Assembly: GCF_006345805.1 (NCBI RefSeq)
Contig: NC_043003.1
Span: 95,232,001-95,296,000 of the forward strand
From: Octopus sinensis
Taxonomy: Eukaryota
Length of the DNA stretch: 64,000 bases
Direction of reading: 5' to 3'
The notes beneath the pieces are model-generated. The model saw nothing but the letters and a program-made list of their open reading frames with translations. It had not been told where the DNA came from and searched no databases. Position numbers and translations under genes: made by a program. Below, piece by piece: positions 1 through 14,142 of the stretch (position 1 is its first letter; the number at the start of each line of letters is the position of its first letter).

Positions 1-486
1 AATTTTATACCAATTGCTATTTTTACTTTTGTTATGTTACGATTATATTATACTTTAGTTTGATTTTAATTATTACTTACTACATATAATTCAATTGTTA
101 TTATTATCTCTAATTTTTATTGTTAAAGTGAAAGTATCTGACATAAAATAGGGAAATGTTTTTGTTTCACTTTTAACACGTAATACTGAAATAGTGGAGA
201 AGATATGATATTGCTATGGGCTAGCTCTAGGCAAGAAGTTGAACATTTTTTTGCCCATCAAACTACATGGACCCTAAGTAAGGCATGTGTAAAATTTGAA
301 TGAAATTGGATGTGTAGTTCTCAAGTTTTAGGGAATCATAGTGGAGAAGATATGATATTGCTGTGGGCTCGCCCTAGGCAAAAAGTTTAAAATTGTTTTG
401 CTGGTGACACTCCCCGGACCCTAAGTAAGGCATGTGTAAAATTTGAATGAAATTGGTTGTATAGTTCTCAAGTTTTAGGGAATCAC

Positions 487-525
<39 letters not shown>

Positions 526-549
526 TTCTCAGTTTTATATATAGAGAGA
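1..549 (-). mobile_element. Non-autonomous Helitron-like element, 5' part, with internal ~147-bp tandem duplication and (GACA)n
   Basis: Ends in (GACA)n...TTTTATATATAGAGAGA|T, the same terminus style as 3252-3651 (minus-strand 5' TC). Direct repeat units start at 191 and 338. Confidence 0.45.
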
Positions 550-587
550 TTTACTATATCTTTTAATGTGGTAGTGTCTCCCTTTGA

Positions 588-785
588 TTGATGCACATAT
601 CGTCAGTCACCAAGGGACATGCTCAATTTGGTTAAGGTCAAACAACTGACACGCAAAGCTATGTTATTGAGCAGAATATTTGCTGTAGTCCATCTTTTAT
701 ACCAAGACAAAACAATGCGCATGATAACACTTGCAATCAATTAAGAACAGAAGCCATGAGAGCCACTGCCTGGTACTGCATCAGT
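588..785 (-). repeat. Fragment of the interspersed repeat also present at 37652-38216
   Basis: Near-identical to 38017-38206 (gatgcacatatcgtcag...gagccactgcctggtactgcatcag). Confidence 0.75.
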
Positions 786-792
786 ATTATCT

Positions 793-1705
793 CGCCGGGC
801 AAAATGCTTAGCGGTATTTCGTCTGCCGTTACGTTCTGAGTTCAAATTCCGCCGAGGTCGACTTTGCCTTTCATCCTTTCGGGGTCGATTAAGTAAGTAC
901 CAGTTACGCACTGGGGTCGATGTAATCGACTTAATACCTATGTCTGTCCTTGTTTGTCTCCTCTGTGTTTAGCCCCTTGTGGGTAATAAAGAAATAGGTA
1001 TTTCGTCTGCCGCTACGTTCTGAGTTCAAATTCCGTTGAGGTCGACTTTGCCTTTCATCGTTTCGGGGGCCTTAAATTAAGTACCAATTACGCACTGGGG
1101 TCGATGTAATCGACTTAATCCGCTTGTCTATCCTTGTTTGTCCCCTCTGTGTTTAGCCCATTGTGGGTAGTAAAGAAATAGGTATTTCGTCTGCCGTTAC
1201 GTTTTGAGTTCAAACTCCGCCGAGGTCGACTTTGCCTTTCATCCTTTCGGGGTCGATAAATTAAGTACCAGTTAGGCACTGGGGTCGATGTAATCGACTT
1301 AATACCTATGTCTGTCCTTGTTTGTCCCCTCTGTGTTTAGCCCCTTGTGGGTAATAAAGAAATAGGTATTTCGTCTGAGTTCAAATTCCGCTGAGGTCGA
1401 CTTTGCCTTTCATCGTTTCGGGGGCCTTAAATTAAGTACCAATTACGCACCGGGATCGATGTAATCGACTTAATCCGCTTGTCTATCCTTGTTTGTCCCT
1501 TCTGTGTTTAGCCCCTTGTGGGTAGTAAAGAAATAGGTATTTCGTCTGCCGTTACGTTTTGAGTTCAAACTCCACCGAACTCGACTTTGCCTTTCATCCT
1601 TTCAGTGTCGATGAAATAAGTACCAGTCGAACACTGAGATCGATGTAATCGACTTAAACTTCACCCTTCCCAAATTTCAGGCCTTGGGCCTATAGTAGAA
1701 AGGAT
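793..1705 (+). repeat. Tandem array of about five SINE-A body units (~184 bp)
   Basis: ggtatttcgtctg unit starts at 813, 997, 1181, 1365 and 1536. Units contain a B-box-like GAGTTCAAATTCC and a gcctttcatcctttcggggtcgat central domain. Confidence 0.9.
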
Positions 1706-2136
1706 CATCATCATCATCATCATCATTCGCTGCGGACGACGCAGATATATTTTTATTTGTCGTCTCTGAAGAAAGCATTTTACTAAATGAGTTAGAGTTT
1801 TTACTAAAATATTCGCATACAGATAACTTCCTAAAATTTGAACTCGCCTTCCTAAGAAGTTGAGAAAAAAAAAAAGAAGAAATAAGGTTTATATTTTCGT
1901 TTTAGGACAGCTTACTTTTTCCTTTCACGTTATCGACATTCAAAAAGTAGCTAGGAATATTTCACACCACACCCATAAAGGGAAGAAAATGGACAAAAAT
2001 AACAAATTTCACACACTTTAAAATACAATATATTAATAGTAACCACGAACAGAAGAAGACACAAAAAATTTAGCATCGAACTTTAATACATCGGGTGGAA
2101 ATGTCAACAATAACAGTAACAATAGCAGCAGAAGCA

Positions 2137-2470
2137 GGAGGCGCAATGGCCCAATGGCCCAATGGTTAGAGCAGCGGACTCGCGGTCGGAGGATCGCGGT
2201 TTCGATTCCCAGACCGGGCGTTGTGCGTGTTTATTGAGCGAAAACACCTAAAGCTCCACGAGCGGCAGTGGCGACCCCTGTTGTACTCTTTCGCTCCAAC
2301 TTTCTCTCACTCTTTCTTCCTGTTTCTTGTCCCCGGTTCCTACCCAACCGCTGAGCCTGGATGCGCATTCATCCATCCGTTGATGCTCTCGGTGTCGGGG
2401 GTTGACCTGCTTTCTCTTCACGTTTCGGACTTCTCCCATCTTGCGAGCTCTAAATACACACAAAACTAAA
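2137..2470 (+). mobile_element. tRNA-derived SINE, family B head
   Basis: A-box TGGCCCAATGGTTAGAGC and B-box GGTTTCGATTCCC. First ~130 bp are shared with 3925-4305. Confidence 0.75.
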
Positions 2471-2596
2471 TATGGAAAGCAGAATGCTATCCTTCGCAAA
2501 TGCTCTTTCAAAAAACAAAACAATAAAAAAGTTGTTGAAAGAATGAAAGCTTGGCAGTATTTTGCACGTCAGATAGATTCCAGCCTATCACATTTC

Positions 2597-2763
2597 GTGC
2601 TGGGGCACCGCGTTGAAGGGTTTTAGTCGGGCAAATTGACTCTAGACTTATTTTTTCCAAGCCTAGTATTTAATCTATCGGTTCCTTTTGCCTAACCGCG
2701 AAGTTACGGGGACATAAACACACCAACACCGGTTGTCAAGCCGTGGTGGAAACAAACACAAAT

Positions 2764-2844
<81 letters not shown>

Positions 2845-3008
2845 CACAACGGGCTTCTTTCAGTTTCCGTCCACCAAATCCACTCACAAGGCTTTGGTCG
2901 GCCCGAAGCTATAGTAGAAAACATGTGCCCAAGGTGCTACGCTGTGGGACTGAACCTGGAACCATGTGGTTGGAAAGAAACTTCTTACCACACAGCCATG
3001 CCTGCGCC
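2597..3008 (-). mobile_element. tRNA-derived SINE, family C, with internal CA/TA microsatellite
   Basis: Reverse complement of the family seen at 14143-14546. Confidence 0.8.
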
Positions 3009-3251
3009 TATATAATATCTTGTTTTAATTATTGTTTTACTGTACTTTTTATTTATTCTGTGTAAATACAGGTGCTTTATAAGTTTTTAATTTGTCCAAT
3101 TATTCGTATTGTATAACGTTTTTTTACATTATAATGGCTAAAATCTACGTAAAATCAAAACACACAACTAAAAATGGGTGAAAAAGAAAATGAACAATAC
3201 TGTGAACAGTTAACAGAAGAAAATATCCCCAAATACTTATTATATAGATAA

Positions 3252-3651
3252 CTAGCAGTATCGCCAGGCGTTGCTCGGATTTGTAAGGGAAATAACTATA
3301 AAGCATTTTTAGAGAGTTATAGCCAAAAATTAGCAAAAAAATGCATTAAAAATGGGAAAAAAAATGATGGTAAATTTTTTTTAAATCGTTGACTCATCGT
3401 AGACATTTTTAGAGAGTTACTTCCCTTATATAATAGCGAAAAAATGCATTAAAATGGAAAAAAATGATGATAAATTATTTTTTAAATCGTAGACTCATCG
3501 TAGATGCGCACTAATACCCAGAAGGGCTCGATATGAATCACGACTATAAGATACCCGGTTTTGGTTAAACTGCACCGCAAAATGTGGGAGTAGTTAGGAA
3601 TCTAAATTGTAGGAGACAGACAGCACACAACCTCACTTTTATATATAAAGA
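3252..3651 (-). mobile_element. Complete non-autonomous Helitron-like element
   Basis: Minus strand reads A|TC...CTAG|T, with a GC-rich subterminal palindrome (cgccaggcg) near the 3' end, no TSD and internal tandem duplications. Confidence 0.7.
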
Positions 3652-3924
3652 TTTGAAAGGCAGCGGCAGGTGACAACCCACAACAATAACAGAAGCAGCT
3701 CTTACACCATTCCGATCACAGCGTTCTTTCATACGGCAGCTTCCTGAAAGGAAAACCGTCCTTTAGTACTATAGTTGTAAGAAGAAAAGAGAAGAAACTA
3801 GATAGGAAAATCTTTTAGAAACCAAATATTTCTTTCTCACAGGAAGTAATCTAGGAGAGGGCAAAGAGAAAAATTACAAGCGTTTGCGAAATTTTGGTTT
3901 AAGCACCTCATATGACCCCTCATA

Positions 3925-4305
3925 GGAGGCGCAATGGCCCAGCGGTTAGGGCAGCGGACTCGCGGTCATAGGATCGCGGTTTCGATTCCCAGACCGGGCG
4001 TTGTGAGTGTTTATTGAGCGAAAACACCTAAAGCTCCACGAGCGACAGGGGATGGTGGTGATCCCTGCTGTACTCTTTCACCACAACTTTCTCTCACTCT
4101 TACTTCCTGTTTCTGTTGTACCTGTATTTCAAAGGGCCGGCCTTGTCACTCTCTGTGTCACACTGAATATCCCCGAGAACTACGTTAAGGGTACACATTG
4201 TCTGTGGAGTGCTCAGCCACTTACACGTTAATTTCACGAGCAGGCTGTTCCGTTGATTCGGATCAACCGGAACCCTTGTCGTCGTAACCGACGGAGTGCT
4301 TCCCC
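3925..4305 (+). mobile_element. Full-length tRNA-derived SINE (family B) with 13-bp TSD
   Basis: A and B boxes present. Flanked by atgacccctcata (3912-3924) and atgactcctcata (4306-4318). Confidence 0.85.
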
Positions 4306-4607
4306 ATGACTCCTCATAACTATTTTATTTTTTGAATTTTTACAAAAGTTTTGCGAATTTGTGAGCTAAACACGGGAATTTATACAATTATACAAAATCC
4401 AAAGAAAAAAATTGGTGCGTGTTTTAAGGGCTATTTAGCTGTTACTTTTAGCACATCTCACAACCACCTCATGCCTTCGTTTGTTTGTCAGTCTGACGTA
4501 TTGATGTTTCTCAATATCTTTCTCTTCATAAACACATTTTTTTTGGTCAATTGCTGAGATTTAAGCCAATAATTCGGATTGTCCGTATTTCAAACTCTCA
4601 CTCTTTC

Positions 4608-4830
4608 TCTTTCTCTCTTTTACTTGTTTCAGTCATTTGACTGCGGCCATGCTGGAGCACCGCCTTTAGTCGAGCAGATCGACCCCGCTGCTTTGTTCTT
4701 TGTAAGCCCAGTACTTATTCTATCGGTCTCTTTTGCCGAACCGCTAAGTGACGGGGACATAAACACACCAGCATCGGTTGTCAAGCAATGCTAGGGGGAC
4801 AAACACAGACACACAAACACATACACACAC

Positions 4831-4892
<62 letters not shown>

Positions 4893-5020
4893 CGACAGGC
4901 TTCTTTCAGTTTCCGTCCACCAAATCCACTCACAAGGCATTGGTCGGCCCGGGGCTATAGCAGAAGACACTTGCCCAAGATGCCACGCAGTGGGACTGAA
5001 CCCGGAACCATGTGGTTGGT
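4608..5020 (-). mobile_element. SINE family C
   Basis: Reverse complement of 14143-14546, slightly 5'-truncated. Confidence 0.85.
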
Positions 5021-5264
5021 TCGAAAAATTAAACAATTTCTTTTTAATAGTCGTGTGAATTCCCGTGTGTTGAATACAAATTCACAAACATTTTCAGAAA
5101 ATTCCCAAAAATAAAAAAAGAAGTTATGAGTGTTTATATTGCGTGCTTAAAGCCGAACCCCGCCCGTACGTCTACTTGCGAGAATATTTTTAGGAACCGT
5201 ATAAAAAATTGTTAAAATATTTTGTGTATTGTGGAAGTATAATCAATTTATTACACAAATTAAG

Positions 5265-5494
5265 AGGCGGTGAGCTGGCAGAAACGTTAGCACGCCGGGC
5301 GAAATGCTAAGCGGTATTGCGTCTGCCGTTACGTTCTGAGTTCAAATTCCGCCGAGGTCGACTTTGCCTTTCATCCTTTGGGGTCGATAAATAAAGTACC
5401 AGTTTCGCACTGGGGTTGAGGTAATCGACTTAATCCCTTTGTCTGTCCTTGATTGTACCCTCTATGTTTAGCCCCTTGTGGGCAGTAAAGAAAT
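5265..5494 (+). mobile_element. Full-length SINE family A (tRNA head, Nin/Deu-like central domain)
   Basis: ggcggtgagctggcagaaacgttagc head, GAGTTCAAATTCC B-box, gcctttcatcctttggggtcgataaa domain and ...taaagaaat tail. Confidence 0.85.
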
Positions 5495-5689
5495 ATATTA
5501 CACAAATTTATATGGATCCTCAAGGGTTATATGGACTCCAGTTGAGAATCAATGACTTAGACGATCATAGAATGGATTAGTGAGCCTGGTAAAATATCTG
5601 CATATGTGGATATCTTCTTTTACTCTCTGAGTAATTTTGTATTCATAGATAAGACATTTAACTCCTAAATAAACCAGGGCCAAAGAGAA

Positions 5690-6660
5690 ATAATTTGACG
5701 CCGAGTCTAGAAAAACTAGGCATTATAATAAACAGCAGTATTAATCACTTGAGGCATGCAGTGAATATTCGCCGAGATGCGGACACTGAAATCTGTGTAA
5801 GAATACGGTCAGGATAGGTGTTAAAAATCAATAAAAGGTGTGTTCAAAGCAAAGCTGAACAAAACCTTAAGTGCGAGTTTTTTCAAAAGCACAGTTCTAC
5901 CTGCGCTCTTATACGAAAGTAAGATATGGGCCACCACGAAGAGGGAATAATACTGATTGGCTACGGCGCAAAGGCCATGGAAAGATCCCCGCTAGAAATA
6001 TCATTGCGAGAGCATATCCGAAACGAAGTAATTCGAAAGCAAAGCGGAGGAAACGATGTTGTTGTGACCCCCTTCGGTCATGACACTGACCATGGGCTTG
6101 CACCTAGAAAGTTACCCTCCCAGGCACAAGTCTTGGCAAGGTTGTTTATGGAAGACCAGCAGTCACCCATGCATACCAGCCCACTCCTCTCCATGCCACT
6201 GTTGTTATCCAAGGGAAAGGCAAAGGGGCCAATACAGCTTGGCACCAGTGACGTCGCAACTCATTCCTACAGCTGAGTGAACTGGAGCATCGTGATATAA
6301 AGTGTCTTGCTCAAGATCACAACACGCAGCCCGGTCTGGGATTCGAGCTCACAACCCCACGATCGTAAGTTCAATGCTCTAACCACTGAGCCATGCGCCT
6401 TCACATAGGAGGAAACGATGTAATCGCATAATACCGAAAGGATAAGTCCTGCTGGGTTGGACATATCACAAGGTTCGCATACAACAGGTGGGCCGATGCA
6501 ATCGCCAAGTGATATCCAAGAGATCGAAAAAAGCCACTTGGAAGGCCTCCACGGCGATGGGAAGACGATTTAGTGGAACGATTTCGATCAACATGGAAAA
6601 GTAGAGCACAATTAAGAAAGGATTGGAAGCGTGTTGTGACCAGCGGTGTTTAACAACATC
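5690..6660 (+). mobile_element. Degraded RTE-clade LINE, 3' part of ORF
   Basis: Translates to MERSPLEISLREHIRNEVIRKQSG / WVGHITR / GRPPRRWEDD, typical of the RTE C-terminus. Contains stops and frameshifts and is interrupted by a SINE. Confidence 0.75.
6060..6407 (-). mobile_element. SINE family D inserted in the RTE LINE, 14-bp TSD
   Basis: Minus-strand head gaaggcgcatggctcagtggttagagc. TSD ggaggaaacgatgt at 6046-6059 and 6408-6421. Confidence 0.85.
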
Positions 6661-7120
6661 CGTTACAGGAAGTACAGGTGGGAATCAAGTATAGATTTCG
6701 AAATTCAATGAGATTTATAGCGTCGATTCAGAAAGAAATCCTTATCATCATCACAATCCTCCTCCTGCACCTCCTCCTCCTCCTCCTCCTCCTCCTCATC
6801 ATCATCATCATCATCATCATTAATCATCATCATCATCATTAATCATCATCATCATCATTAATCATCGTTATCGTTGTAACCATCGTCGTTGTCATTATCA
6901 CATCACCATCACCACCACCACCACCACCACCACCAAAACCACCACCACCACCACCACCAAAACCACCACCACCACCACCACCACCACCTCCGCCGCCACC
7001 AATCATCATCATGATTGCCATTACTACTATTGCAGAGTAAGATTGTCTATCAAAGACCGAGATATATGGAAGAAAAATAGCGTTGTCGAGATAAATAGAT
7101 AGATAGATAGATAGATAGAT

Positions 7121-7177
<57 letters not shown>

Positions 7178-7619
7178 GAGGCGGGAGAGAGAGATAGACA
7201 TACACGGGACAATGTCAGGATAACATGCCTTAGATACAACTGACTTGAAGACATCTAAACACACACATACATAATATATATATATGTATGTGTGTGTGTG
7301 TTTAGATGTATGTGTATATATGTACATATATATACATGTATATATACGTACATATAAGTAATTTTATGGGCTAATGGGTATATGTCAATTAGTGTATTGA
7401 ATAAAACGCGTTCACGGTTTGGGCTACCTGGTGTCATCCATAGTTTGGGTATGTATTCCCTGGATCTACCCATAACGGACAGTTGCAGGATGGGTCGAAA
7501 CGATCGTTGTACTGAATAAAGACTACTGCTAAATCTATCTTCCATTTCCTTCAGCAATTATTATATGTGTACGTACATACACACACAGACACAGACACAG
7601 ACACACATACACACACACA

Positions 7620-7699
<80 letters not shown>

Positions 7700-7759
7700 T
7701 ACAAATATATACATATATTTCAAAAGATATTCACCACAAAATAAGTATTGTTCTTTTAT

Positions 7760-8945
7760 CCTGAGTGTTCATTAATGATTTCCCTTGACCTACTTCCCAA
7801 GAACTGTGATGAATGAAACTTAGCATAATTATTAGTCCTTCTCTACATAGCCACCACCAATGGTGACACACTTCTCACATCACATTATGTAGCTGTGAAG
7901 ACCTCGTCTGTAAAAGTCGGTAGGTTGCGTTTGAAGGAAAGACTTTACCTCGGAAATAAGTTCATCATCAACCGAAAAGTGCTTCCCCTTCAAAAAAGAC
8001 TTCATGGTTGGAAAGAAGTGGAAGTTTGATGGTGTGAGATCGGGAGAGTAAGGGGGACGAGGAAGGATTCCATAGCTGCAGGAATGTGCTTTCATCTGGG
8101 CAACATGCGCATTGTGAACTGGGGCGTTGTCATGAAGGAGGCGGACTCCTTTGGTCAGTATGCTCGCCTCTCTGCTTCGATGGCATCCCGCAATTTTTAC
8201 AGCAGATAAGCATAATTGTGGTGCTCTTTGCCAGAAAATCCATCATCACTACTCCACGCTGGTCCCAAAAGACTGTGAGCATCCCCTTATCTGCTGAGTG
8301 TTGGACATGAACCTTCTTTGGAGGTGGTGATTTATCATGCTTCTATTACTTTGACTAGACTTTAGTTTCACTCTGTGTGGTAAGTCTGCCGAAAAAGACC
8401 TCCTGGTTTTCTTGATACATTGCCAAAAGAGCTTGGGAGCAATTGATTCGTTCCTGCTTCTGAAAACGTGTGAGCATCGGGGTAATCCATCGCGCAGGCA
8501 AATTATGCAAGTGCAAATGAATTTTTGTGAATGATTTTTTTCACGGGCCCAACGCCCTCCTTAGGTTAGTTGCCGAATAGTTATGTGGTTGTCGAGGTAT
8601 AGGCGCAGTTTCCACCGATATCCGACTACATTTGAACTGGCGATGCCAGTGCTTTAGTACGTCGTATGTCGGTGCATCGTCACCATAAGCTTCTTTCATC
8701 TTATCGAAAGTCTCTTTTGGTGTACGACCTTACAAGTATAAGAACCTGATCACTGATCTGCATTCAACTGCCTCCATTATAACACCTTAGTCCACTTCAG
8801 CAATGGTGAAAGACAGACGAACACTAGGGGAAAGCTATAATTTACAATGTGACATGTAGAGACATGCATGATTATATTTGTACATGTTCTGTTTCCTGCA
8901 ATAACCGGAAGCGCGTCAGAAGAAATCTTTAATGAACACTCCTCG
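7760..8945 (-). mobile_element. Degraded mariner transposon
   Basis: PPYSPDLTPSNFHFF motif (ORF 7880-8095). TIR gagtgttcattaatgatttc at 7763 with its inverse at 8922-8945, followed by TA. Confidence 0.85.
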
Positions 8946-9004
8946 TATATGTGTGTGTGTGAGTGTGCACGTGTGTATACATACCTACACACACGCGCAT
9001 ACAG

Positions 9005-9330
9005 TAGGAGCACTCCGTCGCTTACGACGATGAGGGTCCCAGCTGATACGATTAACGGAACAGCTTGCACGTAAAATTAACGTACAAGTGGCTGAGCATT
9101 CCACAGACACGTATACCCTTAATGTAGTTCTCAGCGAGATTCAGTGTGACACAGAGTGTGACAAGGCTGGCCCTTTGAAATACAGGTACTACTTAGTTTT
9201 GCCAGCTGAGTGGACTGGAATAACGGGAAATAAAGTGTCTTGCTCAAAGACACAACGCGTCGCCGGGAATTGCACTAACGACATTACGATCGTGAGCCAA
9301 ATGCCCGAACTACTAAACCACGCGCCTTCA
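9005..9330 (-). mobile_element. SINE, family D head with family B-type tail
   Basis: Homologous to 14575-14898 and 51687-51970; tail matches 4120-4300. Confidence 0.75.
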
Positions 9331-9347
9331 CACACACACATACAGAA

Positions 9348-9386
<39 letters not shown>

Positions 9387-10254
9387 CACACACACACATG
9401 TATACATACATACATACATACATACATACATACATACATACATACATACAAATATACATACATACATACATACATACAAATATACATACATACATACATA
9501 CATACATACATACATACATACATACATACATACATACATACATACAGACGTATGTATATGTATATGTGTGTGAATGTATGTACATATTGTAGACCAACTT
9601 CATCTAAACTAGTGAGATTTATGTGGCAGATACCTAGACTGAACATAAGTAAAGAAAAAAAAAGTTTAAATGAGAAGAGAAGAAGTTGGATTATCACAGA
9701 AAGCTATATCTTTATGAATGTATGCCAGAGTTAAGTAAGTTTGTGGAGGTTCATTCATTCTGTCTCTGAGCTATTGACTTCAACTATAACTTGCAGTTAT
9801 GCATGTAAAAAGACGAGCAAGCAATCAAACTTTCTTCGAAAACTAAGTTTGTCAGCAATATATTTACTAGGTTTCGGTCTCTAGATCAGAGGTCCCCAGC
9901 CACCAAGCCGCAGACCAGTACCGACAATAAATCATTTGGTATCGAGTCGTACAGAGAGAATAAAGTTTTAAATTCTATTTATATTTTATTGGTTATCACA
10001 GCCTGCAGAGTATTTTTGCATTATATATTTGTATTTATGAGTAAATATCTAGATATACACGCAGATAGATAAACAGATAGAAGATGAAAATTTATTTTCG
10101 AATGCGGAGACGCTTTTAGGACAGCAGAAACATTGGGTAAGTTACCTTTAAAAAGAGGAAAAATTTGTCAACAGCCATGGGACTCAAACCCATATTTCTA
10201 TATGCACATATCGGCGCCTATAAGAAGCAAACAAATGCTGCTTTGTTTATATAT

Positions 10255-10312
<58 letters not shown>

Positions 10313-10883
10313 ATATATATAGATATATATATATAATATATATTTGTATGTATGGTGTATGTATGTATGTATGTATGTATGTATGTATGTATGTATGTAT
10401 GTATGTATGTACATACATACGCGCACATAGATATATATATATACACACACATATATATATATATATATGAATATATGTATATATATATATCTATATAATA
10501 TTATATATATATATATATTATACACATATATATATATACATGTGTGCGTGCGCGTGTATCTATGTATCTACATCAACCCTAATTGTGTTTATCTGCATCA
10601 TATCACTCACCTCTTCTATATATATATATACACACATACATACATACATATATATAACAACATACATACATACATATATATGATATATATAATATATATA
10701 TATAATATATATATATTGATCAAGGCAGTAGTTGTAATAAAAAGCAATGTTCGTAGCCACTTCCCCATGACTGTCCGTTCGAACGGACTTTACTGCGATT
10801 TTTTAACCCTAAGAGGACATATCCTCTAGTTGGCTAAAGATGCACAGCTGCATCCTATATACTACGAGCATATGTATAATATG

Positions 10884-10959
<76 letters not shown>

Positions 10960-11248
10960 AGAGAGAGAGAGACCGAGTGAGAGAGGGCGTGATAAATACA
11001 GAATACTAAAGAGAGTATGCATACATTTTAAACTCGACAGCTGTTTCTAGAAACTTGGAATACGTAATAACCATAGTTAGCAGATGGATTGTGCAAAACG
11101 TCATGAATATGCAACCAGTAAATGGTCGCATAGATATATAATATCGTACCAGGCTTCTTTCAGTTGCCATTAACCAAATCCACTTACAATTGTCGGCTCG
11201 AAGCTGTATGTGTAGAAGACTTTTCTGAGGTGCCGCAGCAAGAATATA

Positions 11249-11431
<183 letters not shown>

Positions 11432-12459
11432 TAACTACATTATGTATTATACTCTTTATTGTATTTTGTGGTGCTTGTGGTCCCCTGATCATGGGAAAAA
11501 TTGCCTTGTATGAAACCGATCTATGGTCAATGAAAAAAATGGGGACAGCTGCCCAGATGCACCGCATAATAGCGAAATGTTTAGTGTTGTTTCCACGCCA
11601 TTTACTGACTACATGTTGTTTATAATTTTCCTAATCAATCATTTTATATTGCCTAGTTAAATAATATGTTTTCGTGTTATCCTAATTTATTGCTACGTTT
11701 AAGCATTACCCTCGTAATATTAGAAAGTTTCTTTAAAAACAATGATACAATAAAAGTTGAAGAAGTTTGAAAGAAAATTAAACTTACTGCGGCAAATGAA
11801 GAAAAATATTAAACGTAATCAGAATCCATTTCAGTGAAGTTGCATATTGTTTGGTCTCCATAGTTCTGTTTTCTTGTCTCTTCATGTCTCGTTCTCGGCA
11901 TTCTGTTTACCTACCTGAAGCATATGGATCAATTACTATGGCAATACTTATTCATACTGTTCGATCTTTATTATATAATTTAGATTTGCAAACTGTTTCA
12001 TTTGCAGTAACATGAATTGATTGCGTGCCCTGCAGATGAAACAACCAAATATAACATTGAAGTAAACAGCTTCAAGTCATTTTATTCAATGTAACAGTCA
12101 CTGAATTATTAAGCTTAACTTCGAATCAATACATTGATTAATCGGGAGAGTATTCTGATTCTTATCGACAAAGATGTTCTGAAGTCCTCTTTAGCTAGCA
12201 AGGGGTTTTGGCGGGGGTAGGGGTGGGGGGAGATTCAGTAAATATTTGTAATAACGGTATGGGACTTCACCAGCGTATTTAGTTTTGCTTAGTTTTTCGC
12301 ATTTCCTCATTCAAACCTACTTCACGGATCCGACACTTTATTGAACCATGATATACATATGTCTCCCTCCCTCCCTCCCTACCTACCTACATACCTACCT
12401 ACCTACATGCATACATACATACATACATACATACATGCATGCATATATATGTGTATATA

Positions 12460-12515
<56 letters not shown>

Positions 12516-12570
12516 TATATATATATATATATAATATATGTATACAGCGCAGCACTTTGGGTAAGTGCTT

Positions 12571-12662
<92 letters not shown>

Positions 12663-13034
12663 GCTATCTAGCTAGCTAGCTAGATAGATAGATACATCAT
12701 GCTTCTTAAAACATAAACAGACCCTGAAAAATTGTTTTAAGATACACGGCGAATTTTATAAATATGCCTATTCAACTATTAGTTGCTTTTTCGATTGTCT
12801 ATTGAAATTGATAGCAAGAGGATGGGTATAATATCCAGACAGATACCGAATTACTGAGTAAAATAAGAAAAATGAATCTCATTATTAATATATATATATA
12901 TATATATATATATAACTAATGTAGGATAAAATTTTGGCCAGCATATCAAAAAATACCTTAAAAGGTTGAATTTATAAATAATTTACAAGATAAGGGCAAA
13001 AGAAAATTCTAACGCCAATATGACCTTATCTTGT

Positions 13035-13080
<46 letters not shown>

Positions 13081-13082
13081 AT

Positions 13083-13119
<37 letters not shown>

Positions 13120-13211
13120 CATACATACATGCATAAATACATACATACATACACACAATGCGTGTGTGTGTGTATACATATACATATGTGTGTGTGTGTG
13201 TGTGTATGTAT

Positions 13212-13465
13212 TAACTAGTTTCAGCTCTTGAGCTGTGGCCATACTGGGGCATCGCCATCGTCTTTGCTACGCTTTCACTAAGCTTCCTTTGATATGTGGT
13301 ATTTAGTGAATGAGAAAGCTTGATGTTGCTGCCCTCATCTGCGTTTCTTGCACGAGATAGATTCATATGGAACTCTTGTCAGGAGGAGATCCAATTTTTG
13401 ATTTGAAGACACCTACATCCACCCCGTGTAGGACTCTCAAGTTTTGAGGGAGGATACTGAAATAT

Positions 13466-13466
<1 letters not shown>
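13212..13466 (-). mobile_element. 3' end of a CR1-group LINE
   Basis: Minus strand reads FSILPQNLRVLHGVDVGVFKSK.., resembling the ORF2 C-terminus of the LINE at 39232-40680, followed by a stem-loop tail. Confidence 0.6.
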
Positions 13467-13535
<69 letters not shown>

Positions 13536-13539
13536 TAAT

Positions 13540-13646
13540 AGAGATCACGAAGAAAAAAATGCTTTCTAATTGATGTATCAATACCAGCAGATGACAACGT
13601 GCCTCTAAAATAAATGGAGAAACTTTCAAAATACAAAGACCTGGAT
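13540..13646 (+). mobile_element. R4/Dong-clade LINE restriction-like endonuclease fragment
   Basis: CFLIDVSIPADDNV.LK*MEKLSKYKDL directly after (TAA)n; homologous to 45501-45795. Confidence 0.7.
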
Positions 13647-14142
13647 AAAACAACAATAATCATCGGAAGTTACAAAGCGAATCAAGGGCCAAGAGTTCCG
13701 TGCGTTGACACCTACCAAACCAGTTTCAAATCAAGGGTTCATGAATTTATATACAATTGATTTTAGTATTTCTCTGGATTGTTCCGGAGCGAACCACAAA
13801 AGGAAAAAGATTACAATGTCACATGGATAATTGATATTTTTCTAATGATTTGCCCGTCACACCGATCAATAAATAAATACACAAATAAACAAACACGGAA
13901 ACTTTAAACATAATCGCACATCTACGCACACATAAATGAGAGTGTCAGTGAATCTGAGTACAGTTTGTATACGAATACATGCGCATGCGAATGCCTGTAT
14001 CCACTCTCATGCATGAATGATTATGGAGTCACGCACTCACATACATAGACATACACATAAAACTAAACAAGACTTAAATATATACATACTTACATATGTA
14101 CACGCACACATACATACACAAACACACACACACATATATACA

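Noticed and set aside
793-1705. CRISPR-like array
   Set aside because: Units are contiguous SINE bodies with no unique spacers, the context is eukaryotic and no cas genes are present.
2137-6407. tRNA genes
   Set aside because: A/B boxes run into long shared SINE bodies, some with TSDs; no complete cloverleaf is seen.
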